62,769 nt of DNA from an uncultured Oscillospiraceae bacterium (GTDB taxonomy: Bacteria > Bacillota > Clostridia > Oscillospirales > Oscillospiraceae): the NCBI GenBank assembly GCA_948766235.1, contig CAQCFX010000004.1, positions 1,842 through 64,610 on the forward strand, in the 5' to 3' direction. Positions 9,153-25,986 of the stretch are shown piece after piece. Each line of letters begins with the position of its first letter. Positions within the stretch are counted from its first letter, which is position 1. The position numbers were made by a program, and so were the translations under genes. The notes beneath the pieces were generated by a model. It saw only the letters and a list, made by a program, of their open reading frames with translations, did no database searches and had not been told where the DNA came from.

Positions 9153-10556
9153 CTACCTCTGCCCCTCCTGGGCCGGAACCAGGCTCTGGATGTCTGAGCG
9201 GTACACCCGCCGCAGGAAAACAGCGCACAGCGTAGCGGAAAACAGCTCCGCAATGGGGAAGGACAGCCAGACCACGTCCAGGTTCCCGGTCAGCCGGGCC
9301 AGCAGGAAAGCCACCGGCAGCAGCACCACCAGCTGGCGCACCAGGGAGGTGGTCAGGCTGAGCACGCCGTGGTTCAGCGCCTGGAACACCGAGCCGCACA
9401 CGATGCCGAAGCCCGCCAGCAGCCAGCTGAAGGAGATGATGCGCAGCGCGGGCACGCCGATGGCAATCAAATCCCCCGCCACGTCCTCCTCCGACCGAAA
9501 CAGGTCCAGCAGCAATCCGGGGACAAGCTGGAACACGGCAAAGCCGATGGCCAGCAGAATGGTGGCGTACATGACGCTGAGCTTGATGGTTTTGATGATA
9601 CGCTCCGGCTTGCGCGCGCCGTAGTTGTAGGCCACGATGGGCACCATGCCGTTGTTCAGGCCGAACACCGGCATGAAGAAGAAGGACTGGAGCTTGAAGT
9701 ACACCCCGAACACCGCCGTGGCGGTGTCGGTAAAGGCGATGAGAATCTGGTTCATGCCGAACACCATGACCGAGCCGATGGACTGCATCACAATCCCGGG
9801 CAGGCCCACGCTGTAGATGGCCCGGATGGTGGGCCAGTGGGGCCGGAAGCCCTTGAAGCTCATCTGAACGTCCGGGTTGCGGGTAAAGTGGAAGAACATC
9901 CCCACGCCGCAGCCCAAAAACTGCCCAATCACCGTGGCCAGGGCGGCCCCCGCCACCTCCATCCTGGGGAAGGGACCCAGGCCGAAGATGAGGATGGGGT
10001 CCAGGATGATATTGGTCAGCGCCCCCGCCGCCTGGGCAATCATGGTGTAGAACGTGCGGCCGGTGGCCTGGAGCATACGCTCCATGGCCACGGCGGTGAA
10101 CAGCCCCAGGCTCAGCGAGCAGCAGATGGTGAGATAATCCGCGCCGTAGTCGATGATGCCGGGAATATCGGTCTGGGCGGTGTAAAACAGCCGGGAGCAG
10201 GTGAGGCCCAGCACCACAAAGACCATGCTGCTTATCACGATAAGAAACAGACCGTTTACCGCCGAGCGGTTCACCATCTCCTGGTCCCGCTGGCCCAGGC
10301 TCCGGGACAGCAGGGCGTTGATGCCCACCCCAGTGCCCACGCTGACGGCAATCATCAGGTTCTGCACCGGGAAGGCCAGGGAGACCGCGTTCAGCGCGTC
10401 CTGGCTGACCTGGGAGACAAAGTAGCTGTCCACCACGTTGTAAAGAGCCTGCACCAGCATGGAAATCATGATGGGGATGGCCATGTTCAGCAGCAGGCTG
10501 TTCACCGGCATCACGCCCATTTTATTTTCGCTTCTGGGATTGTCCGACAAATTCAT
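9153..10556 (-). CDS. MATE family efflux transporter
   Basis: PIMISMLVQALYNVVD, NIILDPILIFG, GAALATVIGQ; about 12 TM; start after GGAGGAG. Confidence 0.9.
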   Translation of the reverse strand: MNLSDNPRSENKMGVMPVNSLLLNMAIPIMISMLVQALYNVVDSYFVSQVSQDALNAVSLAFPVQNLMIAVSVGTGVGINALLSRSLGQRDQEMVNRSAVNGLFLIVISSMVFVVLGLTCSRLFYTAQTDIPGIIDYGADYLTICCSLSLGLFTAVAMERMLQATGRTFYTMIAQAAGALTNIILDPILIFGLGPFPRMEVAGAALATVIGQFLGCGVGMFFHFTRNPDVQMSFKGFRPHWPTIRAIYSVGLPGIVMQSIGSVMVFGMNQILIAFTDTATAVFGVYFKLQSFFFMPVFGLNNGMVPIVAYNYGARKPERIIKTIKLSVMYATILLAIGFAVFQLVPGLLLDLFRSEEDVAGDLIAIGVPALRIISFSWLLAGFGIVCGSVFQALNHGVLSLTTSLVRQLVVLLPVAFLLARLTGNLDVVWLSFPIAELFSATLCAVFLRRVYRSDIQSLVPAQEGQR

Positions 10557-10598
10557 TCTCCTCCGTCCGTTTTCTCTGTTTTTCTGATACAAGCCGTA

Positions 10599-10627
10599 AT
10601 TATACGGGAATTAAAACCGCTTGTCAA
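10599..10627 (-). promoter_or_regulatory. Consensus sigmaA promoter of the MATE gene
   Basis: Perfect TTGACA-17nt-TATAAT. Confidence 0.8.
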
Positions 10628-10708
10628 TACGGCGCCCCCGCCGCGCACAAAAAGCCGGGAGGGGGCTGGCCGCCCTCTCCCGGTTCTCACCCGCCCTGCG
10701 GCGGATGG

Positions 10709-11476
10709 TCACATCAGCTTTACGGTAAAGAACACCGCCTGGACAAACAGCCAGCCCGCCAGCACGAACAGCAGGTAGAAGGCCGTCGTCCCGCCCAGCG
10801 CCAGCGTCAGCGCCATGGCGGCGGCCGTCACCACACAGGTAATCCAGGTGATGACATAGTTGGAGTCCGGCGGCATCACCCGCACGCCGCCCAGCTTTCC
10901 GTCGTTCCGGCGCAGCAGGAAGGCCAGCACCGCCGCCGCGGCCAGCGCCACAAAGCCCGCGATAAAGCTCAGGCGGATGAGGGTGGGGTGCTCCCAGTAA
11001 TACTGCCGGTACATCCACACGGCCACCAGGCCGCCCCCCGCCAGCATGGCGTTGAAGAAAAAGGCCCGCTGATAGAGGAAGAAAACCACAATCAGCACCG
11101 CCCCGGCCGCGGGCAGCACCATCATAATGCTCAGCCCCACCTCGGACAGGTAGTAGGCGAACAGGGTGACCAGCCACAGCAGCGCCGCCCCCGCGGTGCA
11201 CGCCAGGGGCAGCACCATTGAGCGGCCCTTCCGGCCCCACAGCACCGCCCACACCACGCCCGCAATGGTCACGGCCGCGCCCGCGAAGCGGAACACCTCA
11301 AAAAACACCAGCAGGCCGTATGCCACGCCAAAGCCCAGCCATGCGTCCACATAAATCTGCTTAATCAGCAGAATCAACAGCTCCACCACCACGGCGCCCG
11401 CCAGCCAGAACAGCATTTTGTTAAACGTGGTATCCTCCTGGCTGCGGCGCTGCTCACGCTTGCCCTTCTCGAACAT
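10709..11476 (-). CDS. Hypothetical multi-pass membrane protein
   Basis: 255 aa, about 8-9 hydrophobic segments, host-like codon usage, own promoter and RBS (AAAGGA). Confidence 0.75.
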   Translation of the reverse strand: MFEKGKREQRRSQEDTTFNKMLFWLAGAVVVELLILLIKQIYVDAWLGFGVAYGLLVFFEVFRFAGAAVTIAGVVWAVLWGRKGRSMVLPLACTAGAALLWLVTLFAYYLSEVGLSIMMVLPAAGAVLIVVFFLYQRAFFFNAMLAGGGLVAVWMYRQYYWEHPTLIRLSFIAGFVALAAAAVLAFLLRRNDGKLGGVRVMPPDSNYVITWITCVVTAAAMALTLALGGTTAFYLLFVLAGWLFVQAVFFTVKLM

Positions 11477-11606
11477 GAATCATCCGTCCTTTATCTTCAG
11501 TCGGCGGCGCGCCGCCCTCCGGCCCTTCCCGAAAAGCCGCGCCGCGCCTATCTTATTTTGTGCAGCATCCCCGGGGAAAATCCATCCTCGGAATGAAGCA
11601 GACAAT

Positions 11607-11635
11607 AGTATAGCAGAATTTTCCGGGCATTGCAA
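11607..11635 (-). promoter_or_regulatory. Candidate sigmaA promoter of the membrane protein gene
   Basis: TTGCAA-17nt-TATACT with extended -10 TG. Confidence 0.65.
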
Positions 11636-11661
11636 TAACAAAAATTTCGACAGGCCGTTTT

Positions 11662-12060
11662 TTAGCTAAGAGAGGCGGGGCCGAAGCCGTGGGGCAGCAG
11701 CTCGCGCAGGGGCAGCTTGACAAACGCCCCGTCCCCCCGGGCCACCAGCACCGTCAGCTCGGGGGCGAACTCATAGAGCATCTGCCGGCACGCCCCGCAG
11801 GGCCAGCAGTAGTCCTCGCCCCGGCCCACCACCGCCAGGGTGGTAAAGCTCCGGCGCCCCTCGCTCACCGCCTTGACCAGCGCCGTGCGCTCGGCGCAGA
11901 TGGTGGAGCCGTAGGCCGCGTTTTCCACGTTGCAGCCGGTGAACACCGCGCCGTCCCCGCACAAAAGGGCCGCCCCCACCGGGAACTTGGAATAGGGCAC
12001 GTAGGAGCGCTCCAGCATGGTGAAAGCAAGGTCAATCAGAGCCTGGTCGGTCATGTACAT
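11662..12060 (-). CDS. cdd: Cytidine deaminase (homotetrameric type)
   Basis: [33 protein letters not shown] zinc motifs, LLPHGF. Confidence 0.95.
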   Translation of the reverse strand: MYMTDQALIDLAFTMLERSYVPYSKFPVGAALLCGDGAVFTGCNVENAAYGSTICAERTALVKAVSEGRRSFTTLAVVGRGEDYCWPCGACRQMLYEFAPELTVLVARGDGAFVKLPLRELLPHGFGPASLS

Positions 12061-12112
12061 CCGCCTCTTTCTCTATTTAATATAAAATATGCCGCCAACG
12101 CTCAAATTCCTC

Positions 12113-12141
12113 TTGACGCGCCGCGGCGTTTATGGTATCAT
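12113..12141 (+). promoter_or_regulatory. Candidate sigmaA promoter of rpoBC
   Basis: TTGACG-17nt-TATCAT with extended -10 TG, about 170 nt before the rpoB start. Confidence 0.7.
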
Positions 12142-12195
12142 AAAGTGCTTTTGTGTGCATCAAAAAAAGGGAGGACACTCCTCCACCCTAACGAG

Positions 12196-12224
12196 AGTAT
12201 AGCAGACAGGGAAGCGAAACGCAA
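12196..12224 (-). promoter_or_regulatory. Antisense sigmaA-type promoter inside the rpoB leader
   Basis: TTGCGT-17nt-TATACT with extended -10 TG on the minus strand. Confidence 0.5.
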
Positions 12225-12309
12225 GAGGAAATTTTTAAAGTGTTACAACGGCTCCGGGCGTGTCGTTCTCCGGCCCGGAAATCTTGACGAATTGGAGCGT
12301 GAGCAGCAA

Positions 12310-19996
<7,687 letters not shown>

Positions 19997-20009
19997 CCCA
20001 GAACAGCGC

Positions 20010-20047
20010 AAAAGCAGCCCCCATCCCACAGGATGGGGGCTGCTTTC
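20010..20047. terminator. Bidirectional intrinsic terminator (rpoC / mntP)
   Basis: AAAGCAGCCCCCATCC-caca-GGATGGGGGCTGCTTT. Confidence 0.85.
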
Positions 20048-20049
20048 CG

Positions 20050-20610
20050 TCACAGAATTTCCAAATGCTCCAGCAGAATTTTTGCGCCGATGAGCACCAG
20101 CACCACGCCCCCCAGCAGCTCCGCCTTCGCCTTGTAGCGCGCGCCGAACACGTTGCCAATCTTCACCCCCGCCGCCGAGATGGCGAAGGTACACACCCCG
20201 ATGAGGGTGACGGCGGGAATCACGTCCACCTTCAGCACGGCGAAGGTGATGCCCACCGCCAGCGCGTCGATGGAGGTGGCCACCGCCAAAAGCAGCATGG
20301 CCGCCGGGGCCAGGGAGGGGTCGCAGTCCTCGTCCTGCTTCCCCACGGCCTCCCGAATCATGCCCCCGCCAATCAGGCCCAGCAGCACAAAGGCAATCCA
20401 GTGGTCCACCGACACAATCAGCTGCGCAAAGGCGGAGCCCAGCAGCCAGCCTAAAACGGGCATCAGCGCCTGGAACACCCCGAACCACGCGCCCACAATC
20501 ACCGCATGGCTGGGCCTGAGCTTTTGGATGGACAGCCCCTTGCAGACGGATACCGCAAAGGCGTCCATGGAAAGGCCCACGGCCAAAATCAGCAGCTCTC
20601 CAAAACCCAT
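20050..20610 (-). CDS. mntP: Manganese efflux pump MntP family
   Basis: LSMDAFAVS and ATSIDALAVG repeats, DHWIAF, KILLEH. Confidence 0.92.
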   Translation of the reverse strand: MGFGELLILAVGLSMDAFAVSVCKGLSIQKLRPSHAVIVGAWFGVFQALMPVLGWLLGSAFAQLIVSVDHWIAFVLLGLIGGGMIREAVGKQDEDCDPSLAPAAMLLLAVATSIDALAVGITFAVLKVDVIPAVTLIGVCTFAISAAGVKIGNVFGARYKAKAELLGGVVLVLIGAKILLEHLEIL

Positions 20611-20675
20611 TTGTACATCATCCCTTTCACTGAGGCGGCTTCGCAGCCCCCCGCTTGTCCCACTCTATTCCAATG

Positions 20676-20704
20676 ATTCTAAAAGTATTCCTTTAGTTAG
20701 TCAA
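20676..20704 (-). promoter_or_regulatory. Candidate sigmaA promoter of mntP
   Basis: TTGACT-17nt-TAGAAT. Confidence 0.65.
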
Positions 20705-20798
20705 CCGCAACCGCGTCAAAAACAGGCAGGAGCGTCACAGATTTCTATCGCTGTCAAGGAAATGTTTTGAACAAACCTTAAACTTTCATCCTGAGCGG

Positions 20799-20827
20799 TT
20801 GCGCTGTCCCATGGAAAAGTATAAAAT
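20799..20827 (+). promoter_or_regulatory. Candidate sigmaA promoter of the MacB/FtsX-type ABC operon
   Basis: TTGCGC-17nt-TAAAAT. Confidence 0.5.
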
Positions 20828-20933
20828 TTAATTATCCTTACAACAAATCGGAAACAGTGCGCAGACGCAAAGCCCTTATCCTGTGCCAAAGCGGCTTGCC
20901 CGCGCACAATTCCACCTGCGGACGGTGAATGAA

Positions 20934-21635
20934 ATGAGTTACATATCCTTTGAACACGTGAAAAAAGAGTATAAAATGGGCGAGGTCACCATCAACGCCG
21001 TGGACGGCGTTGATTTTGTGGTGGAAAAGGGCGAGTTCGCCATCATTGTCGGCCCCTCCGGCGCGGGCAAGACCACGGTGCTCAATATGCTGGGCGGCAT
21101 GGACGCCTGCTCCGGCGGCACCATCACCGTGGACGGCGCGCGGGTGAGCGATTACAACCCCCGGCAGCTCACCGCCTACCGGCGGCACGACATCGGCTTT
21201 GTGTTTCAATTCTACAACCTGGTGCAGAACCTCACCGCGCTGGAAAACGTGGAGCTGGCCGCCCAAATCTGCCAGGACCCGCTGAACGCCCGGGACGTGC
21301 TGGAGCACGTAGGCCTGGGCCACCGGGTAGACAACTTCCCCGCCCAGCTGTCCGGCGGCGAGCAGCAGCGGGTGGCCATCGCTCGGGCGCTGGCGAAAAA
21401 CCCCAAGCTGCTGCTGTGCGACGAGCCCACGGGCGCTTTAGACTATGTCACCGGCAAGGCTATTTTAAAGCTCTTGCAGGACACCTGCCGGCAGGAGGGG
21501 ATGACCGTCATCGTCATCACCCACAACACCGCCCTCACCCCCATGGCCGACCGGGTCATCCACATCAAAAACGGGCGGGTGGCCGCCATGGAGCGCAACG
21601 CGCGGCCCACCCCGGTGGAGGAAATCGAATGGTAA
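20934..21635 (+). CDS. ABC transporter ATP-binding protein (LolD/MacB-type)
   Basis: [42 protein letters not shown]; start MSYIS. Confidence 0.92.
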   Translation: MSYISFEHVKKEYKMGEVTINAVDGVDFVVEKGEFAIIVGPSGAGKTTVLNMLGGMDACSGGTITVDGARVSDYNPRQLTAYRRHDIGFVFQFYNLVQNLTALENVELAAQICQDPLNARDVLEHVGLGHRVDNFPAQLSGGEQQRVAIARALAKNPKLLLCDEPTGALDYVTGKAILKLLQDTCRQEGMTVIVITHNTALTPMADRVIHIKNGRVAAMERNARPTPVEEIEW

Positions 21636-24600
21636 CGCGCAAAAACCGCCTGACCACCGACGCTCTGCGGGAAATCAAGCACACCTTCAGCCGCTTTTTG
21701 TCCATTTTGGTGCTGGCGGCGCTGGCGGTGGCCTTCCTGTCCGGCCTGCGGGCCACCGCGCCGGATATGAAATTCACCGCGGACAATTACTACGACCGCA
21801 CCCACCTGATGGACGGCTACGTGCTGTCCACCCTGGGCCTCACCGGCGAAGACCTGGACGCCCTGGCCGCCGCCCCCGGCGTGGAGCAGGCGGAGGGCGC
21901 CTGGGCGGTAGACGCCACGGCGGTGGACTGCATCGTCAGCGTGCGCTCCATGCCGGAGCGGCTCAATCTGCTGGAGGTAAAGCGGGGCCGCCTGCCCGAG
22001 GCCCCCGATGAGTGCGTCACCGAGAGCCTGCTGCTGGTGGAGCTGGGGCTGGACGTGGGCGACAAGCTGGAGCTGGTGATGGACGAGAACAACGAGGGCG
22101 ACCTGACCCGCACCTCCTACACCATCGTGGGCGTGGTGAACTGCCCGCTGTACGTGAGCACCGACCGGGGCGCCTCCTCTTTGGGCAGCGGCTCGGTGGA
22201 CGCCTTTGTCTTCGTCCCCGGCGAGAACTTTACTTACGACTACTACACCGCCGCCTACTTTACCGGGGAGGGCCTGGCCGCCCTGGACAGCTACAGCGAC
22301 GAGTACGACGACCGGGCGGAGGCGCTCATCGACAGCCTGGACGGCCTGGCCGAGGAGCGCGCCCAGCTGCGCTACGACAGCCTGATTGGGGACGCCCAGG
22401 CCGAGCTGGACGACGCCCGGCAGGAGCTCAGCGACGCCAGGGACGAGGCGGACCAGGAGCTGGCCGACGCCTGGCAGGAGCTTCAGGACGCCCGCAAGGA
22501 GCTGGACGACGGCTGGGCGGACTACCAGGACGGCCAGGACACCCTGGAGCGGGAGCTGGCAGACGCCCGGGTTGAGCTGGCCGACGCCCGCCAAAAGCTG
22601 CTGGACGCCCAGCAGGAGGTGGACGACGGCTGGGCGGAGTACCGGGACGGGCTGGCTGAATACGAGGACGGCAGGGCCGAATACGAAGACGGCCTGGCCA
22701 AATACCAGGAGGCGCTGGCCAAGTTCGAGGAGGGCAAGGCCGAGTATGAGGACGGACTTGCCCAGTTTGAGGAGGCCAAGGCCAAGTACGAGGACGGCAA
22801 GGCCCAGTATGAGCAGGGCCGCGCGGACTATGAAAGCGGGCTGGCCAGCTACAACAGGGGCCGGCAGCAGTACCAGGAGGGCCTGAAGCAGTATAACGAC
22901 GGCGTAAAGCTGTTTGAACAGCAAAAAGCGGAGGGCGAGAAGCAGCTTCAGGCGGCGATTGCGCAGCTCCAGGCGGCGTTAAATGGTGGTTTGATTACAC
23001 AAGAGCAGTTTGACACCCAGGTAGCGGAGCTGCAAGCTGCGGCCCAGCAGCAGCTTGCAGCCGCCCAGGCCCAGCTCAGCGCCGCCCAGGCCCAGCTGGA
23101 GGAGGGCAGGCTGGGTCTGGACGAGGCCCTCACCCAGCTGGGCGCGGCCGCCAACCAGCTCTCCGACGCCAAGGACGAGCTGGACGCGGGCAAGCGGGAG
23201 CTGGACCGGGCGGAATCGGAGCTTACCGGCGCCAAGGACGAGCTGGACGAGGGCCAGGCGGAGCTGGACGACGCCAAAGCGGAACTGGACGAGGCCAAGC
23301 AGAAGCTGGACGACGCCCAGGACGAGCTTGCCGACGCCAAGCAGGAGTTGGAGGACGGCCAGCGGGAAATCGACCAGGGCTGGGCGGACTACCGCACCGG
23401 CCAGGCGGATTTGGCCCAGGCCGAGGCCGACGGCCGGCAGGAGCTGGACGACGCCCTCACTGAGCTCAATGACGGCGAGGCGCAGTATGCCGACGGCCTT
23501 TCGGAGTACCAGGACGGCAAGGCGGAGGCGGAGGAAAAAATCGCCGACGCCCAGCAGAAGCTGGACGACGCCCAGGACGAGCTGGACAAGGTGGAGGACT
23601 GCGAGTGGTACGTCCTGGGGCGAAACACCAACGCAGGCTTTGTCGGCTTCTCCCAGGACACGGAGCGGGTGAGCAATCTGGCCACCATCTTCCCCGTTAT
23701 CTTCTTCCTGGTGGCGGCGCTGGCCTGCCTGACCACCATGACGAGAATGGTGGAGGAGCAGCGCACCCAGATTGGCGCGCTCAAGGCCATGGGCTTCTCC
23801 CGGCTGTCCATCTCCAAAAAGTACATCGGCTACGCCCTTTCCGCCAGCCTCATCGGCGGCATTCTGGGCCTGGCGGTGGGCTGCACCCTGATTCCGGCGG
23901 TAATCGCCAACGCCTTTAACATCATGTACGCCATGCCCCCCCTGGAGTTCCGGGAGCAGACGGCGCTGTGTGCGCTCTCGGTGCTGGCGGCGGTGGCGTG
24001 CACCACCGGGGCGGCGCTGTGGGCCTGCCTGTCCACCCTCATGGCCACCCCCGCCAACCTGATGCGCCCCAAGGCCCCCAAGGCGGGCAAGCGGGTGTTC
24101 TTAGAGCGCGTGCGCCCCATCTGGAAGCGGCTGTCCTTCACCTGGAAGGTGACCATGCGCAACCTGTTCCGCTACCAGCGGCGCTTTTGGATGACGGTGA
24201 TTGGCATCGGCGGGTGCACCGCTCTGATTGTCACCGGCTTCGGCCTCCACGAGTCCATTTTCGACATCCTGGACAAACAGTTTGACGAGATTTCCCTGTA
24301 CGACGCCAGCATCGGCCTGGACGAAGACGCCGCCCCGGCGCAGCTGGCCGCGGTGGAGGACTATCTGGCGGACAGCCCCTATGTGCAGCGCACCATGACC
24401 GCCCACCAGTCCCTGCTGGAGGCGTCCAACGGCGGGAGGGCCTACGACGTGTACCTGATGACCATTCCCGACCTGGAGGAGTTTGAGCAGTTCATCGACC
24501 TGCGCCACCGAAAGGACGACGCGGCCGTGACCCTGCCGGACAACGGCGTTATCATCACCGAGAAGCTGTCCGAGCTGCTGGAGATATCGGTGGGCGACGC

Positions 24601-25273
24601 CATCACCCTGGACGGGGACAAGCGGGTGGACGCTGTGGTGACGGATATTGTGGAAAACTACGTCTACCACTACGTCTACCTGTCCGAGGACTGCTATGAG
24701 GCGCTGTTCGGCGAAAGGCCGGCGGACAACGTGCTGCTGCTCGCCTACACCAGCGATGCGGATGCCGCCCAGTCCGACACCGTGTCCGCCCAGCTGATGG
24801 CCATGGACGCGGTGACCTCCTACTCCTATTTCGCCACCCTGCGGGACAGCTTCACCAACAGCATGGAGGCCATTGACTACGCGGTGGTCATCATCATCGC
24901 CGCGGCCGCCGCCCTGGCCTTTGTGGTGCTCTACAACCTGACCAACATCAACATCACCGAGCGCACCCGGGAGCTGGCCACGCTGAAGGTGCTGGGCTTC
25001 TTTGACAAGGAGACCACCGCCTACGTCTACCGGGAAAACGTGTTCCTCACCATATTCGGCATTCTGCTGGGCCTGGTGCTGGGCCGGCTGCTCCACGCCT
25101 GGATGGTGCTGACGGTGGAGGTGGACCTGGTCATGTTCGGGCGCACCGCGCCGCCCTACGCCTATGTGCTGGCGGCGGTGCTCACGGTGGTGTTCTCCAT
25201 CATGGTGAATATCGCGGCCCACTTTAAGCTGAAAAAGGTGGATATGGTGGAGAGTTTGAAAACCGTGGAATGA
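21629..25273 (+). CDS. FtsX-like ABC permease with a very long extracellular coiled coil
   Basis: Two FtsX-type TM blocks (EEQRTQIGALKAMG; ERTRELATLKVLG) around about 400 aa of heptad repeats; start MVTRK overlaps the ATPase stop. Confidence 0.9.
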   Translation: MVTRKNRLTTDALREIKHTFSRFLSILVLAALAVAFLSGLRATAPDMKFTADNYYDRTHLMDGYVLSTLGLTGEDLDALAAAPGVEQAEGAWAVDATAVDCIVSVRSMPERLNLLEVKRGRLPEAPDECVTESLLLVELGLDVGDKLELVMDENNEGDLTRTSYTIVGVVNCPLYVSTDRGASSLGSGSVDAFVFVPGENFTYDYYTAAYFTGEGLAALDSYSDEYDDRAEALIDSLDGLAEERAQLRYDSLIGDAQAELDDARQELSDARDEADQELADAWQELQDARKELDDGWADYQDGQDTLERELADARVELADARQKLLDAQQEVDDGWAEYRDGLAEYEDGRAEYEDGLAKYQEALAKFEEGKAEYEDGLAQFEEAKAKYEDGKAQYEQGRADYESGLASYNRGRQQYQEGLKQYNDGVKLFEQQKAEGEKQLQAAIAQLQAALNGGLITQEQFDTQVAELQAAAQQQLAAAQAQLSAAQAQLEEGRLGLDEALTQLGAAANQLSDAKDELDAGKRELDRAESELTGAKDELDEGQAELDDAKAELDEAKQKLDDAQDELADAKQELEDGQREIDQGWADYRTGQADLAQAEADGRQELDDALTELNDGEAQYADGLSEYQDGKAEAEEKIADAQQKLDDAQDELDKVEDCEWYVLGRNTNAGFVGFSQDTERVSNLATIFPVIFFLVAALACLTTMTRMVEEQRTQIGALKAMGFSRLSISKKYIGYALSASLIGGILGLAVGCTLIPAVIANAFNIMYAMPPLEFREQTALCALSVLAAVACTTGAALWACLSTLMATPANLMRPKAPKAGKRVFLERVRPIWKRLSFTWKVTMRNLFRYQRRFWMTVIGIGGCTALIVTGFGLHESIFDILDKQFDEISLYDASIGLDEDAAPAQLAAVEDYLADSPYVQRTMTAHQSLLEASNGGRAYDVYLMTIPDLEEFEQFIDLRHRKDDAAVTLPDNGVIITEKLSELLEISVGDAITLDGDKRVDAVVTDIVENYVYHYVYLSEDCYEALFGERPADNVLLLAYTSDADAAQSDTVSAQLMAMDAVTSYSYFATLRDSFTNSMEAIDYAVVIIIAAAAALAFVVLYNLTNINITERTRELATLKVLGFFDKETTAYVYRENVFLTIFGILLGLVLGRLLHAWMVLTVEVDLVMFGRTAPPYAYVLAAVLTVVFSIMVNIAAHFKLKKVDMVESLKTVE
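22390..23590 (+). repeat. Degenerate 21-nt (7-aa) coding tandem repeats of the coiled coil
   Basis: Recurring ELDDA(K/R/Q), EYEDG(L/K/R)A and DGWADY units. Confidence 0.75.
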
Positions 25274-25311
25274 GAAACTGCCAATTTTAATGAATTAGGG
25301 GGTACAGGCAA

Positions 25312-25911
25312 ATGAATCATCGTATCATTGCCGATATCACAGACTTTATCTTCGTATCTGATGAACCTGAAAAGGTTGACGCCATTTTTCTGCCCGGCGG
25401 CTCATTTCCCGAGCAGCCTGAGTATGCCGCTGAACTATATCGGAAAGGGTACGCGAAGTGGCTGGTTCCCTCGGGCGGGGTCAGCGTAAAACGTGACAAA
25501 TGGCCGGGGGTCCGCTCCAAAGCGGACATATACAACGGCGACTATCAGTCCGACTGCGAATTTTTTACGGACGTGCTGCTGAAAAACGGCGTGCCGGTCT
25601 CGGCAGTGATTGAGGAAAACCAGTCCGGCCACACCAGGGATAACGCCTTCCTCTCGCGAAAGGCCGTTGACGAGAGGGGCGTTACCATTCAAACAGCGTT
25701 AATCGTCTGCAAGGCGTTTCACGCCCGGCGGTGCCTGATGCTATACCAAACGGCGTTCCCTGACGTGGACATCAAGGTGTGTCCCGTGCACTGTTATAAT
25801 ATCACCAGAGATAACTGGTATGAAAGCAAAGCAGGAATCCACCGTGTTCTGGGCGAATTGGCCCGATGCGGCAATCAATTTGTCGGGGATATTGAGCAGT
25901 ACCTGCTCTGA
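25312..25911 (+). CDS. YdcF/DUF218 family protein
   Basis: DAIFLPGG, VPSGG, EENQSGHTRDNA, FHARR motifs; RBS AGGGGG. Confidence 0.85.
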   Translation: MNHRIIADITDFIFVSDEPEKVDAIFLPGGSFPEQPEYAAELYRKGYAKWLVPSGGVSVKRDKWPGVRSKADIYNGDYQSDCEFFTDVLLKNGVPVSAVIEENQSGHTRDNAFLSRKAVDERGVTIQTALIVCKAFHARRCLMLYQTAFPDVDIKVCPVHCYNITRDNWYESKAGIHRVLGELARCGNQFVGDIEQYLL

Positions 25912-25929
25912 CGTGCGCCTCAGACACAG

Positions 25930-25964
25930 AAAAAGCCCCGCCGCGAAAGCGGCGGGGCTTCTTT
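25930..25964. terminator. Bidirectional intrinsic terminator (ydcF-like / msmX-like)
   Basis: AAGCCCCGCCGC-GAAA-GCGGCGGGGCTT flanked by A and T tracts. Confidence 0.85.
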
Positions 25965-25986
25965 GCTATGGTAGGTTGACGAACCC

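Noticed and set aside
11689..12309. 207-aa N-terminal extension of RpoB in the ORF track
   Set aside because: Overlaps cdd antisense and the promoter region; the typical N-terminus and an SD are at 12310
20693..20706. TTAGTTAGTCAAC as a DtxR/MntR-type operator over the mntP -35
   Set aside because: Only a partial dyad; not enough to support
20611..20780. yybP-ykoY manganese riboswitch upstream of mntP
   Set aside because: No GGGGAGUA/CAAUAC-type core seen and the predicted leader is only about 60 nt
22390..23590. CRISPR array or non-coding tandem repeat
   Set aside because: Repeats are degenerate, in frame and encode coiled-coil heptads; no unique spacers or cas genes
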